From an uncultured bacterium (lineage in GTDB: Bacteria; Babelota; Babeliae; Babelales; Vermiphilaceae): a stretch of 64,000 nucleotides of DNA. Below, piece after piece: positions 28,172 to 40,958 of this stretch. The stretch covers positions 1,134,635-1,198,634 of the forward strand of contig OY969561.1 in assembly GCA_963701085.1 (NCBI GenBank), read 5' to 3'. Under the pieces are notes generated by a model that saw only the letters and a list, made by a program, of their open reading frames with translations, made no database searches and had not been told where the DNA came from. A program made the position numbers and the translations under genes. Positions within the stretch are counted from its first letter, which is position 1. Every line of letters starts with the position of its first letter.

Positions 28172-28747
28172 ATGCCAAGAAAAGCAATGTATCCAATTAA
28201 TGATATGTTTATCAATCGTTGGTCGCCGCGGGCGATGTCGGGAAAAGATATATCACATGAACAATTAATGTCTCTTTTTGAAGCTGCGCGCTGGGCGCCA
28301 TCATCATTTAATGGTCAGCCGTGGCGATTTATTTATGCGCATCGTAATACTCCGCAGTGGGATGCATTATATAATTTAATGGTACTCGCAAACCAGGAGT
28401 GGACAAAAAATGCGGCGGTGTTGATGGTCGTTGTTTCTCGTAATAGTTTTGAATATAATAATAAGCCTTCACGTACTCATTCTTTTGATGCCGGATCTGC
28501 ATGGATGTCTTTGGCTTTGCAGGCTTCAATCATGAATCTTGTTGCTCATGGTATGGAAGGGTTTGATTATGATAAGGCTCGTAAAGATTTGCATATTCCT
28601 GATGAGTACACGGTTGAGGCGATGATTGCAATAGGTTATCCTGGAGCATTGGATGTTTTATCACCAGAGCTGCAAAAAAAAGAGGTGTTATCGGATCGCA
28701 AAAAAGTTGAAGAATTTATTTTTGAAGGAATTTTCAGTAGTAAATAG
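28172..28747 (+). CDS. Nitroreductase family protein
   Basis: RWSPRAM, EAARWAPSSFNGQPWRF, HGMEGFD. Confidence 0.92.
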   Translation: MPRKAMYPINDMFINRWSPRAMSGKDISHEQLMSLFEAARWAPSSFNGQPWRFIYAHRNTPQWDALYNLMVLANQEWTKNAAVLMVVVSRNSFEYNNKPSRTHSFDAGSAWMSLALQASIMNLVAHGMEGFDYDKARKDLHIPDEYTVEAMIAIGYPGALDVLSPELQKKEVLSDRKKVEEFIFEGIFSSK

Positions 28748-28755
28748 GATACGAT

Positions 28756-29190
28756 ATGATAATGCGCGTGGTAACTTTTTTTGTTGATGAACTGTTGTGG
28801 ATGATGACGTGGGGTTCTTATCAGCTGACGTTGGGTCTTATTTTTACTTGGTTTATGTTTATGCTTATGGGTCGCATGCGGATGCTTCCTGCATTAATTT
28901 TAACCGTAGGGTCATATGCATTTGCCATTGTCACTTATTTTGCATTTGTTTCTGTATTACTGATTAATTTTTTTCAATGGAAATTCGTTGGTGGTGGTAC
29001 GCCCAATGTGTTTAATCCTCTTGACGCTTCATTACTTTTAGGTGGCATTTTATCGGTGCTGCAATTATTTTTTTATATGATTATTAATTATTGGAGACCT
29101 TTTTTGGTCACTCATTTTTTTATACTTTCATTAATCAGTAATATATCAGCAGCATTTTGTGGCTCTTTTTTTATTAAGCTTACGTTGTAA
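28756..29190 (+). CDS. Hypothetical integral membrane protein
   Basis: About four hydrophobic segments; follows the nitroreductase with an AGGA RBS. Confidence 0.7.
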   Translation: MIMRVVTFFVDELLWMMTWGSYQLTLGLIFTWFMFMLMGRMRMLPALILTVGSYAFAIVTYFAFVSVLLINFFQWKFVGGGTPNVFNPLDASLLLGGILSVLQLFFYMIINYWRPFLVTHFFILSLISNISAAFCGSFFIKLTL

Positions 29191-29222
29191 TGATGAGATT
29201 GTTAAGAGATTAGTAGAATACC

Positions 29223-30009
29223 AAGATAAGATTTAATCCCCAGCTTAACGCCGGGGACCCCTCCTTCGCGTAAAGCTACGGAGGGCAGGCCCACCTTCAC
29301 TTCGTTACGGTTTTCTTTTCGCAAAGGGGTCTTGCAACCCCTCTGCACTCGTGCACAAGCTTCCAGCTTGACCTCTTACGGGTTAAAAGCAAGGTCGCTG
29401 ATCCAGCCTGCTCCTGATCCCGCGACGGCTGGATGGCGACCGAGCCCCATGTCATTTTAAGAAAAATGCCAGAAACTCGCTGGTAACCCTTCATGTACTC
29501 ACAATATTTCGCACCCTTCGATACATTTTTGAAGACAAAAACACTCAGGGCGAGCGGAAAAAAATTCAAATCCTGTTCTCCCCGCGCTCGTCCTGAGCCT
29601 GTCGAAGGATTTCCTCGAGCGCAAATTTAAAAATAAGTACCTACACATTTCGCATGATGGTTTAGGCTGTGAAGCCCTGCGAACAGACTGTGGCCTGAAT
29701 TCGTCCTCCTTCGCCAAGGCTTCGAAGGATTCTTTATTTGGGTACCCGACTGTAGCGAAGCGTAAGTTGGGTTAAAAATGATCGGGGGAATCCAAGGGAA
29801 CCATTTGCCTGCCCTTCGTAGCCTTGGCGTAGTAGGGTGCACGAGTGCAGAGGGGTTGCAAAACCCCTTTGCGAAAAGAAAACCGTAACGAAGTGAAGGT
29901 GGGCCTGCCCTCCGTAGCTTTACGCGAAGGAGGGGTCCCCAACGGCCTGCCCTCCGTAGCTTTATGCGTAGGAGGGTCTAAGTTGGGGTCTTTGTTTTAA
30001 TCTTATCTT
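29223..30009. mobile_element. Non-autonomous composite inverted-repeat element, copy 2, with four nested B units
   Basis: Same outer ends as 5748-6385, internal modules in opposite orientation; B units at 29261-29290, ~29704-29730, ~29808-29836, 29903-29932 and 29946-29976 (first and fourth are mirror images). Confidence 0.8.
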
Positions 30010-30017
30010 CTTCCCCT

Positions 30018-31340
30018 TTAATCTCTACTCAAAATCATCTTCATCTCTTTTTTATAATTCTCAACTTGCGGCTGATCAAAAGGATTCACGTGCAATAAAA
30101 AACCAAGATACATAATTTCTATCATTTTAATCTGCATAAATTGACCAAGATAATACGCAGATTTTTCAGGTAACATAACAGATACAAAAGGGCGGTTATC
30201 ATTATGATATGCACGTTTTGTTCCTTCTAAAATAGCATCCATGATTGCGGTGAGGGGTTTTCCTTGAATGTGCGGGACAACTGCTTCAAATTCTTCATAG
30301 TTTGGAACAGTCACATTCGATTTGTTTTGTCCTACTGAAACAAACGTTGTAAATCTGTTATACGGCCCAGCCAAATAAAGTTGCGCAACTGAATGTAAAT
30401 CAGTGCTGCCCAAAGATATTGTTGGTAAAACGCCGGTGTTGATCAGTTCTCCGGTTATATCATAAGCTTTGCCAACACTTTCAGCAGATAGTTGACGGTA
30501 CCATGCGCCAAGGTTTGCAAGTGCAACAGAAAAAATGAATGTGTCATGAATAATATTGCCACGTTTATAATGCGTTGCAATGAGTGCTGCACTTAATGCG
30601 GCAGGGTTATTACTGAATTGTTTGTGTGTGCTGAGTGAAAATCCGCTTTGCGCACCTGTGCAGAGATTTTCAATATCAATCCCCAAAAAACAAAGAGGAA
30701 ATAGTCCAACGGCGGAAAATAGTGAATAACGCCCACCAACAAGTTTTGGAACGGCAAGGTGTATAAACTCTTCTTGTTGTGCAAGTTTCCACAGCGCAGA
30801 ATCTTTATCAGTTGTTGCTACAACAAAGTTATGATAATTGTATGGGCGATGGCTTTTGAGAATTTCAAGGAATATCTCAAAGTTAGCAATGGTTTCTGTG
30901 GTGGTGCCAGATTTGCTAATGACGTTGAGAATGATATTGTTACCTGTTGCCAGTTCCCGCTCAACCAACTGCGCAATATTATTAACGTGATCAGTATCCA
31001 CCGTATCAACAAAATAAACATCAATATCATAATGTTCGTTATAAAACTTTCCTCGTAACGCTTCCAGCACAGCAATGGTGCCCAAATTAGATCCCCCAAT
31101 ACCAATAACAACCAATGTTGTTGGGTTGAGGGATTTTGCCGTTTTTACGGCCATAGTGACTGTTTTTATCAGTTCGCCATCAAATGGCAGGTTTATTGAT
31201 GCATAGTCGGTGTCATAATCATAGGTTCGGGCGTTATAAATACGTTCAATTTCTGTTTGCAGCTTTGCCTGTAACGGTTCTAGAGCTTCCTGGGCGACCA
31301 GACAGCTATTTTCGTGGTCAAAATGGATACTTTTCATCAA
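30018..31340 (-). CDS. pgi: Glucose-6-phosphate isomerase
   Basis: GIGGSNLG, SKSGTTTET, VGGRYS, QLSAESVGK, DLHS, NPFDQPQVENYK. Confidence 0.95.
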   Translation of the reverse strand: MMKSIHFDHENSCLVAQEALEPLQAKLQTEIERIYNARTYDYDTDYASINLPFDGELIKTVTMAVKTAKSLNPTTLVVIGIGGSNLGTIAVLEALRGKFYNEHYDIDVYFVDTVDTDHVNNIAQLVERELATGNNIILNVISKSGTTTETIANFEIFLEILKSHRPYNYHNFVVATTDKDSALWKLAQQEEFIHLAVPKLVGGRYSLFSAVGLFPLCFLGIDIENLCTGAQSGFSLSTHKQFSNNPAALSAALIATHYKRGNIIHDTFIFSVALANLGAWYRQLSAESVGKAYDITGELINTGVLPTISLGSTDLHSVAQLYLAGPYNRFTTFVSVGQNKSNVTVPNYEEFEAVVPHIQGKPLTAIMDAILEGTKRAYHNDNRPFVSVMLPEKSAYYLGQFMQIKMIEIMYLGFLLHVNPFDQPQVENYKKEMKMILSRD

Positions 31341-31522
31341 CTTACCCTTGTTTTTAGTACAAATCCTTTTGCAGGTGATTGTAGCAAAAATGCTGCAGTG
31401 GTAGCGATAGACGTTTTATGCACCCCATTTGTGCAAATTATCGCTTTATGTTATTATATATAGGAATAATAGTAAAACGTGAAATTGATTAAAATTCAAC
31501 AAGAAATTCTTATATGGGGGTC

Positions 31523-32269
31523 ATGATGAAAAATAATAAATCGTTTTTAGGGTTATTTTTGGCCGTTTTAGTGCTGTTGCCAGGCTGTATGCATGTGCCA
31601 ACGTATCAGCGTAAATCATTGAAGTCAGTGAATGATCATTGTACTTATCGTGGTGCTGAAAAGAATGTGATTATGCGGGCAAAAAAACTGAGTCAGGCAG
31701 AAAAGAATTATCTTTTTGGTGACCGTAATAGGTTGATTAATGATGAACTTCAGGGGATTTATGTTTCTGTTCATAATTTAGGTAATGTGCCATATGTTTT
31801 CTCTCATGATCATATTTATGTGAGACAAATAAAATATGGAGATGTTATTCGATCAATGAGAAAAACCAGTAGTATAGTTAGATTGACTGGTAGTGCATTA
31901 ATTGCGTGGCCTGTTCTTCCTGTTGCAATAGTTCTTAGTCCCGTGGCCATTGTGCCTATTATGGTACCAATACTTACTGCTGGAATGGTTGGCTTTTTGG
32001 CTGGTTTTAGTGCAGTGGGCGGGGTTTTAAGTTTAACCTTTTTGGCTTATGGTATAAAATCCATTGTAATGAATAGACGTATAAGCAAAGATCTTAAAGA
32101 AAAAACATTACATGAAAAAGTAACCATTAATCCTGGTGATTCTTACGAAGGTCTTATGTTTGTTAAAGCAGTAGATTATAATCCGCAATTCAGTGTTACT
32201 ATGCATGAAAAAGATAACAGAAATAATACTGTTACATTTGATGTTGATTTGCGGCAGAATAAAGAATAA
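31523..32269 (+). CDS. Putative lipoprotein with an internal TM hairpin
   Basis: Lipobox-like LLPG|C; long hydrophobic central segment. Confidence 0.7.
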   Translation: MMKNNKSFLGLFLAVLVLLPGCMHVPTYQRKSLKSVNDHCTYRGAEKNVIMRAKKLSQAEKNYLFGDRNRLINDELQGIYVSVHNLGNVPYVFSHDHIYVRQIKYGDVIRSMRKTSSIVRLTGSALIAWPVLPVAIVLSPVAIVPIMVPILTAGMVGFLAGFSAVGGVLSLTFLAYGIKSIVMNRRISKDLKEKTLHEKVTINPGDSYEGLMFVKAVDYNPQFSVTMHEKDNRNNTVTFDVDLRQNKE

Positions 32270-32479
32270 GAGTAGAGTATATTTTTTTTAGATTGATTTA
32301 AAGATCTAAAGGCGCTCTGATAAATAGTTCAGGGCGCTTTTTACTGCAACATTATCAACTTGCCAATATATTGTTTTTTTAAAACCCTTGTATTTAGCAT
32401 TGTTTATTTGATATATTCATATATGATTATTGTAGAAATAGATGATTTAGTCCTTAAAATGAATGTATTGGGGGTTTTT

Positions 32480-33163
32480 ATGAAAAATAATAAGTTGAAT
32501 AGTGCATTGCTGAGTGTATTATTGATGATCCCAGGGCAGGTATTGTGCTCTGAGCCGTTATTGCCAGTACAACCGAGTATTTTTGATCGTTTATGGTTGT
32601 CTGTGCCATCTATGCCGGCCGCTCCAGAATGGATGACTAATTTCACCAGTGGGTTGTCAGATACCAAAAAATACTTCTTATATGGCGCAATGGCTGCGTT
32701 TTTGGGTTATATTGGCTATCAAGTAAGTGGTATTTCTTTTTTCAGCTCTAAATTTATGGCTGTTCCTACAGAGATAGATAATAGACCTTTATTGATAGTT
32801 AAGTCAGAGCAATTAGATGATGAGATTAATTGTAGAAATATAGCATATATTACAAGAGATTATGTTCCTACATACAATTCTCCGAAGAGGCAGAAGGCTT
32901 TTGAGTCTTATGTATGCCCGGTTCTAAATAAGCATCAGGAAAAGTTGGATTCTAAAGAAAACTGGATGACATTTTTGACTAAGATTACATTTCAAAAACA
33001 TCACAGGATGACTTTTACTTTGAATCAAGATGAGCTTGGTTATAAAATATTTTCATTAATAAATAAGACGTGTCCTAATAAAAATATTACAAATCCGTTA
33101 AAAGAATTATTAATTGAGAGAAATCCACGAGATACTGAGCTTTTAGAATTTTTGAATAAATAA
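32480..33163 (+). CDS. Hypothetical secreted/membrane protein
   Basis: GGGGG RBS, signal peptide and one TM segment. Confidence 0.65.
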   Translation: MKNNKLNSALLSVLLMIPGQVLCSEPLLPVQPSIFDRLWLSVPSMPAAPEWMTNFTSGLSDTKKYFLYGAMAAFLGYIGYQVSGISFFSSKFMAVPTEIDNRPLLIVKSEQLDDEINCRNIAYITRDYVPTYNSPKRQKAFESYVCPVLNKHQEKLDSKENWMTFLTKITFQKHHRMTFTLNQDELGYKIFSLINKTCPNKNITNPLKELLIERNPRDTELLEFLNK

Positions 33164-33282
33164 GCAGATAAATTTAGCTTGTTAAGAGAAGAGTGCTTTG
33201 GAGTAATTTCAAAAGCACTCTTTTGTTTTTATAGGGTTTCTTTACAAACCCTAGCGCATGGTTTAGCTTAGTAATTATGTAG

Positions 33283-35162
<1,880 letters not shown>

Positions 35163-35192
35163 TAAATACTGCAGTAAATATGTATTTAGTTT

Positions 35193-35384
35193 CTCGCTGC
35201 GCTCACCCTGAACTTGTTGAAGGGTTAAGCGCACATAACAAATAAGCTTTAATATCAAAAAGACAAAAAAAATAATGGTTAAGAAAAAACAAGAAGCGCT
35301 TTAATCCTTCAACAAGTTCAGGATGAGCGCAGCGAAGACCTGAACGCGTGTTTACGAGCTTGCCGAAGGCTCAGGACGAGCGCG
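35193..35384. repeat. Split A1 arms around an AT-rich spacer, plus the tandem-unit module also seen at 21467
   Basis: GCGCTCACCCTGAACTTGTTGAAGG / CCTTCAACAAGTTCAGGATGAGCGCAGCG...TGAACGCGTGTTTA. Confidence 0.85.
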
Positions 35385-35394
35385 AAAGAACAAA

Positions 35395-37015
35395 GTGAAA
35401 ATTGGATTAAAAAAAGTTCTTGGTCATATCATTTCTGGTTCACTCACTGAAGGTTTGATTATTCGCATTTCCCCAGAAACGCCGCTGGAAGAAATAAAGA
35501 CAGGAAAATTTGTTTCCATCTCCGGAAAAAATCATACCTTTTTTTCTCTTATTACTGATCTCACGTTAGAAGTTACGCATCCTGATATTTTACTTTTCCC
35601 TCCCACACCAGAAGAAACATTGCTCACATCACTTTTAAAACAGCGTGATATTTATGCAACCGCACCCTCAGGCCAATGCTTATGCTCACTCAAAGACAAT
35701 AACCGTCACCGGTTAAAACTATTCCACCTCATTTTGCGGTAGTGCATGAAGCGGATAAACAAGATGTAGCACTTATTTTTGGTGATGAGCGCATATCAGT
35801 AAAAAATATTTTAGCATTGGTTGTCCGCTTGATATGGATACGCCGGTATGTATTGATTTGGAAAAACTCACCGAACGAAGCAACGGTATTTTTGGTAAAA
35901 CAGGAACGGGAAAAACATTTTTAACGCGCTTAGTTTTAGCGGGCCTCATTAAAAATGAAAAAGCGGTTAATCTTATTTTTGATATGCACAGTGAATATGG
36001 TTTGCAAGCACGCAAAGAAGTCTGAGCATCAGTCATTTGTAAAAGGCTTAAAACATTGTTCCCTGATCGCGTTGCTATTTTTTCTTTAGATCCTGATTCC
36101 ACACGCAGACGTGGTGGCAGTCCAGACGTTGATATTGTTCTTTCATATCAAAGCATTCAAGTTGAGGATATTATTATCGCTGCAAGATGAACTTAATCTT
36201 GCATTCAACGGCAATTGAAGCGGCCTATTTGATTGTTGCGCAATATAAACAAGATTGGTTGTATGTGTTGCTTAATCAAGGTGAAAATTTAAAAGAGTTT
36301 GCGCAATCAATTGGTGCTCATCCAGAATCAATTGCTGCATTGTATAGAAAATTAAAGCGGATTGAACGGTTGCCATTTTTTAAGCCGCTGCATAAGGGTG
36401 CTCACAAAGACCGGTGATAGATCAGATGATGGAATATATTGATAAAGGTATTAATATTATTGTGGAGTTTGGTAATTATACTTCCACGTTTGTCTATCTT
36501 ATTGATTGCTAATATTATCTACTCGTCGGATTCATGCGCAGTATGTTGCAAAAACAGAAAAGTTTTTGGGATCACAGCGAAAAGAAGATGAACCAAAAAA
36601 ATTGTTGATCACGATTGAAGAAGCGCATAAATTTTTAAATCCGCAAGCAGCGCGGCAAACAATTTTTGGCGTGATTGCTCGGGAAATGCGTAAATATTAT
36701 GTTTCCTTGCTTGTTGTTGATCAGCGCCCTTCAGGTATTGATCCAGAAATTATTTCTCAGATTGGTACTAAAATTGTGGCGCAATTGAATGATGAAAAAG
36801 ATATTCAAGCGGTGCTGACTGGCGTCAGTGGCGCCACTGCATTACGTTCAATTCTTGCATCTTTGGATACAAAAAAACAGGCATTGCTGCTTGGTCATGC
36901 CATTGCAATGCCGGTCGTTGTTCAAACACGTGAATATGATGAAAAATTCTATCGCGATATGGGTGATATGATTACTGCTGCACACATTGATCAGTTTGTG
37001 ACTGAATTATTCTAA
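35395..37015 (+). pseudogene. HerA/FtsK-like ATPase with multiple frameshifts (pseudogene or assembly indels)
   Basis: Fragments carry an N-terminal barrel-like region, GIFGKTGTGKT, IFDMHSEYG, IEEAHKF, AREMRKY and VDQRPS in different frames. Confidence 0.8.
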
Positions 37016-37120
37016 ATAAAATCCCACATTTTTTTTAAGTTCGCTGTTAATTTCTTGACGCTCATCGCATAAAAAGATAAAAAAAGAAATAGAATGAGAT
37101 GCAATAAAAGGAGATCTATT

Positions 37121-37954
37121 ATGAGCTATATTTCTGTAGGAAAAGAAAATTCCGCTGATATCCAACTTTATTATAAAGACTGGGGCACAGGACAACCAGT
37201 CGTTTTTAGTCATGGCTGGCCATTAACAGCAGATGCCTGGGAAGATCAAATGCTGTTTCTTTCAAAGAATGGCTACCGTTGTATCGCTCATGACCGTCGC
37301 GGACATGGCAGGTCAAGCCAACCAGGCACCGGCAATGATATGGATACCTATGCCGATGATCTTGCAAAACTAATTGAAGCTTTAGACCTCAAAGATGTAA
37401 TTCTGGTTGGTCATTCAACAGGTGGCGGTGAAGTTACTCGCTATATTGGTCGGCATGGCACAAAACGTATTGCCAAAGCTGTTTTAATTAGTGCAGTACC
37501 ACCCTTCATGCTCAAAACAGATACCAATCCCAATGGCCTTTCTATGGAAGTTTTTAATGACTTGCGTAAAAATACACTCAAAGATCGTTCACAGTTTTTT
37601 AAAGATTTCACTGATCCATTCTTTGGTGGCAACAGACCAAATAGTCATGTTTCACAAGGACTCAAAGATATTTTTTGGCTACAAGCAATGATGGGTGGTT
37701 TTAGCGCGATTTTTGATTGCATAAAAGCATTTTCTGAAACTGATTTTAGAGAAGATCTCAAAAAATTTGATATACCAACACTTGTTCTCCAAGGTGAAGA
37801 TGATCAAATTGTGCCACTTAACATTTCCGGATTACTTTCATCAAAGATGATCCCAAATGCTTCTTTAAAAATTTATCCGGGGGCACCGCATGGTGTATGT
37901 TCAGTGTTAAAAGATCAAGTAAATGCTGACCTGCTCGAATTCTTCAAAAAATAA
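37121..37954 (+). CDS. Non-heme chloroperoxidase-like alpha/beta hydrolase
   Basis: [36 protein letters not shown]. Confidence 0.92.
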   Translation: MSYISVGKENSADIQLYYKDWGTGQPVVFSHGWPLTADAWEDQMLFLSKNGYRCIAHDRRGHGRSSQPGTGNDMDTYADDLAKLIEALDLKDVILVGHSTGGGEVTRYIGRHGTKRIAKAVLISAVPPFMLKTDTNPNGLSMEVFNDLRKNTLKDRSQFFKDFTDPFFGGNRPNSHVSQGLKDIFWLQAMMGGFSAIFDCIKAFSETDFREDLKKFDIPTLVLQGEDDQIVPLNISGLLSSKMIPNASLKIYPGAPHGVCSVLKDQVNADLLEFFKK

Positions 37955-38037
37955 GTCGGACTATTTTAGAACTTTTGCATCTAATGATATTAATATCAAC
38001 TGTCGACAAATTGTCGACAACTCACTTCCTTCAGCAA

Positions 38038-39603
38038 TCAGTTATTGCTTAAGCTTTCTCCAATAGGCTCTTGGGCTTCTTGAAGATTTTTGTGATTTAC
38101 GTACATGTGCATAATTAAGAGCGCTATTTCTTGCGGTAGCGTGTCACAACCTTCAATTGTATAGTTTTTGAGCAACAAGTATTTAGGAGTAGCCTCTTTT
38201 TTTATTTCAAATTCATTAACCATTTTTTTGAACCACATTTGTTGTCCTGCAAAATCGAATGCATTCTCCATTTTTTTTGTAAAAGAGTTATAGCTTTTTA
38301 TGTAAGGATCTGCGTCATATTCTAATAATAATTGTGTAAGCTGTTGATCTTGGTACTTAACAGCAGATATTAATGAAGTTTGCTCTGTATTTTTTTGTCG
38401 GAAGTTAGGCCTAAGACCCTTTTGTAGTAAGCGGTGTGCTTTGTTGAAGAGGTCATTGAATTCAGTATTATTTTCCAAGAGACCATTGAAATCAATTTTA
38501 TATGATGAAGGGGAGGACCAGCATTCAATACCATCTTTGATATGGAATGTAGAATTATTTTTCAAAAACTCAGAGACTGCATTATTTTTCACTAGTTTTT
38601 TTATTGTATTTCGTTTTTCTATAATGTTGAATAAGCGATCTTTCTGAGTGTCATAATGATAATGTAATTGTTGTACAGTACGCATAATTGATTGCATTGT
38701 TTTTTGCGGCAATGTGGTATCGGTATAGTTTTTGAATGACCAGTATTTAAATAAATTATTTGTTGTAGCCATACGTTTCAGCCAACCTTTTGGTTCGCCT
38801 TCTTCAAATTCAAATGAGTTTTTACCACACCACCCATCACGTTTTTTATAAGGATTTGCGCCATATTGTAATAATAAATGGGCAAGCGGTTTGTCATTGT
38901 TTGAAGAAGCATACATGAGAGCTGTTAATGGAAGGAATGTTCCATCGGCAGGCATGTTTTTTTCGCGTAACAACCGTTCCGTGATACATAATAATTCATT
39001 GCGTGTATTTTCATCGGATATAGCGCGTCGGCTTTCAGCAATAAGCTTCAATAGATAATTGCTGGTATGCCATCCAAAATCTATTTTTTGTGCATGCGTT
39101 ATGACTGTATGTGCTTTTTTAAATTGTAGATTATTATTATTAATGATCGCGTACAACAATGATTGGTCATTATTTCCCAGAACGATGCTAAAATACCACG
39201 GATCTTGTAAATCTTTTGCGGTGAATGGTTTGTATTTTTGGCGAATAATTGTGCAAAGATGATCTATTTTTTTTTGTACTGTATGGCAACCTAGTTTTTT
39301 GATTATAAGGCTATAGCTATTACTGTAGTAGTCGGACGCGCATCCGGTTATTATTTTTTGCATGACTTTTTCTTGGCCGTAATATTCATGAAAAAATTTG
39401 TTGGTCTCATACAGAGCACGGATATTTTCTTTGAGGTTGTTGATATTAGGTTTATGCTGCTTGCGGAGATGTTCGGTAACAGTCCATGCATTATCAGAGT
39501 TACGTAGTACCATTTCTAATGAGATGGCGGATGCTGGTATTTCCATTCCATGAACTGTTGGGTGTGCGATAAGTAAAAAAGAAAAAATTATTTTTTTATG
39601 CAT
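38038..39603 (-). CDS. Secreted ankyrin-repeat protein with an internally duplicated module
   Basis: TALMYA..LLLQYGANP and TSLISA..LLLEYDADP, each followed by KNYT..TLPQ. Confidence 0.8.
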   Translation of the reverse strand: MHKKIIFSFLLIAHPTVHGMEIPASAISLEMVLRNSDNAWTVTEHLRKQHKPNINNLKENIRALYETNKFFHEYYGQEKVMQKIITGCASDYYSNSYSLIIKKLGCHTVQKKIDHLCTIIRQKYKPFTAKDLQDPWYFSIVLGNNDQSLLYAIINNNNLQFKKAHTVITHAQKIDFGWHTSNYLLKLIAESRRAISDENTRNELLCITERLLREKNMPADGTFLPLTALMYASSNNDKPLAHLLLQYGANPYKKRDGWCGKNSFEFEEGEPKGWLKRMATTNNLFKYWSFKNYTDTTLPQKTMQSIMRTVQQLHYHYDTQKDRLFNIIEKRNTIKKLVKNNAVSEFLKNNSTFHIKDGIECWSSPSSYKIDFNGLLENNTEFNDLFNKAHRLLQKGLRPNFRQKNTEQTSLISAVKYQDQQLTQLLLEYDADPYIKSYNSFTKKMENAFDFAGQQMWFKKMVNEFEIKKEATPKYLLLKNYTIEGCDTLPQEIALLIMHMYVNHKNLQEAQEPIGESLSNN

Positions 39604-40532
39604 GAATTTCTATTGTTTATTTTAAGTTTTTTATTTTCTGCAACTTCATCAATTATTTCCTGGAGCCAGCCTTCTTCTGGTTCAATATCAAAAGCATTTA
39701 CCATTTTGTTTCTCAACCCACTATATGTTTCAAGATAAGGGTTGGCGCCATATTCTAATAATAATCGAACAAACTTTTTGCATGTAACTGAGTAGTTTAA
39801 TGGAGTATATTGAGTTTTTCCTTCGCGACCATCAGGAAGAATTCCTTTTTTAAGTAAGCCTTGTGCAATAGTGAGCAGCTTCTTGCATTTTTTTTCGTCG
39901 AATTTTTCATGTAAGTCTAGCCAGAATAGGTGGTCAGCGATTTTGAATAAAGGATTTTTCCCATGACCATAATTAAAAGATAATTTTTCTGTATTATTTA
40001 GTATGGTAATTGCTGTTTCTAGATTGAGATTGTCAATTGCTATATATACTAATGATCGATTGAGAGGTCGTCCATAGAATTTATAACCATACGTGGTAGT
40101 TATTGCTAGATACCAAGGATCCAGAAGATCATTTTCACTGAATTTTTTGTATCCAAAGCGAGCAGTATCAGTAAAGTGTTTTATTTTGGCATATATTGCA
40201 CGGCATTTTAATTCACGTGCAGTGCTTTTATCATTTGAATTATTATAACGTAAACATGATCTGATGATCCCTTGTGCGATTTTTTCTTGAGCGTAATAAT
40301 CGTGAAAAAATTTATTAGTGTCAGAAAGTGATCTAATATCTGTTCTTATGCCACACGGCTGATAGTTATGACTCATGCAGAGGTGGTCAGTAATTTGCGG
40401 TATAAGATCATCATTGAAAAGTACCATTGCGGTGTTAACCGCATCATTATTTTCAACAATGTTTGGTCTTTTCATGCCATGAGTTAATGTGTTTGTGATG
40501 AGTAGCAAAGAAAATAGTATCTGTTTATTCAT
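39588..40532 (-). CDS. Secreted ankyrin-repeat protein
   Basis: Signal peptide; YTPLNY..LLLEYGANP. Confidence 0.8.
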   Translation of the reverse strand: MNKQILFSLLLITNTLTHGMKRPNIVENNDAVNTAMVLFNDDLIPQITDHLCMSHNYQPCGIRTDIRSLSDTNKFFHDYYAQEKIAQGIIRSCLRYNNSNDKSTARELKCRAIYAKIKHFTDTARFGYKKFSENDLLDPWYLAITTTYGYKFYGRPLNRSLVYIAIDNLNLETAITILNNTEKLSFNYGHGKNPLFKIADHLFWLDLHEKFDEKKCKKLLTIAQGLLKKGILPDGREGKTQYTPLNYSVTCKKFVRLLLEYGANPYLETYSGLRNKMVNAFDIEPEEGWLQEIIDEVAENKKLKINNRNSCIKK

Positions 40533-40566
40533 GTAATGATCTTTAAATCAATGTATGACCGAGTTG

Positions 40567-40920
40567 TTATAATTTGTGAGTTTGTCTGTTACGTAAAAAA
40601 ATTGAAAGTTCCGTATCTCGAGCGCCATTCTTTTTTAAAAAGGTTTCACAGCGTTTACATCCATGAAGCGTTGCTGCTTCTAATGGTGTCATATCATAAT
40701 ACAAAGATGACATATCTGTTTCTTTTTTATTAATATTAGTACCTGTATAGATATGTTTTTTAATTTTTTCACATGCCTTATGACTGGAATTATCCCAATG
40801 ATCAAAAATGCTCCCTTCGTGATGTGTATGATTTGAAACTTCTTTTTTGGTTTCCATGCATACATTATGATGTGGGTGTGTCATGATGATTAAAGTAGCT
40901 GATATTATTATTCTTTTCAC
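40567..40920 (-). CDS. Small secreted ankyrin-repeat protein
   Basis: MTPLEAATLHG...FLKKNGA; GTG start. Confidence 0.7.
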   Translation of the reverse strand: MKRIIISATLIIMTHPHHNVCMETKKEVSNHTHHEGSIFDHWDNSSHKACEKIKKHIYTGTNINKKETDMSSLYYDMTPLEAATLHGCKRCETFLKKNGARDTELSIFLRNRQTHKL

Positions 40921-40958
40921 AAAAATCCCGGGTTGTTTTTTTATCGTATTACAAATTG

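Noticed and set aside
37998-38022. Short dyad TGTCGACAAATTGTCGACA between convergent genes
   Set aside because: Single occurrence in the window, downstream of both genes, with no function supportable from sequence alone.
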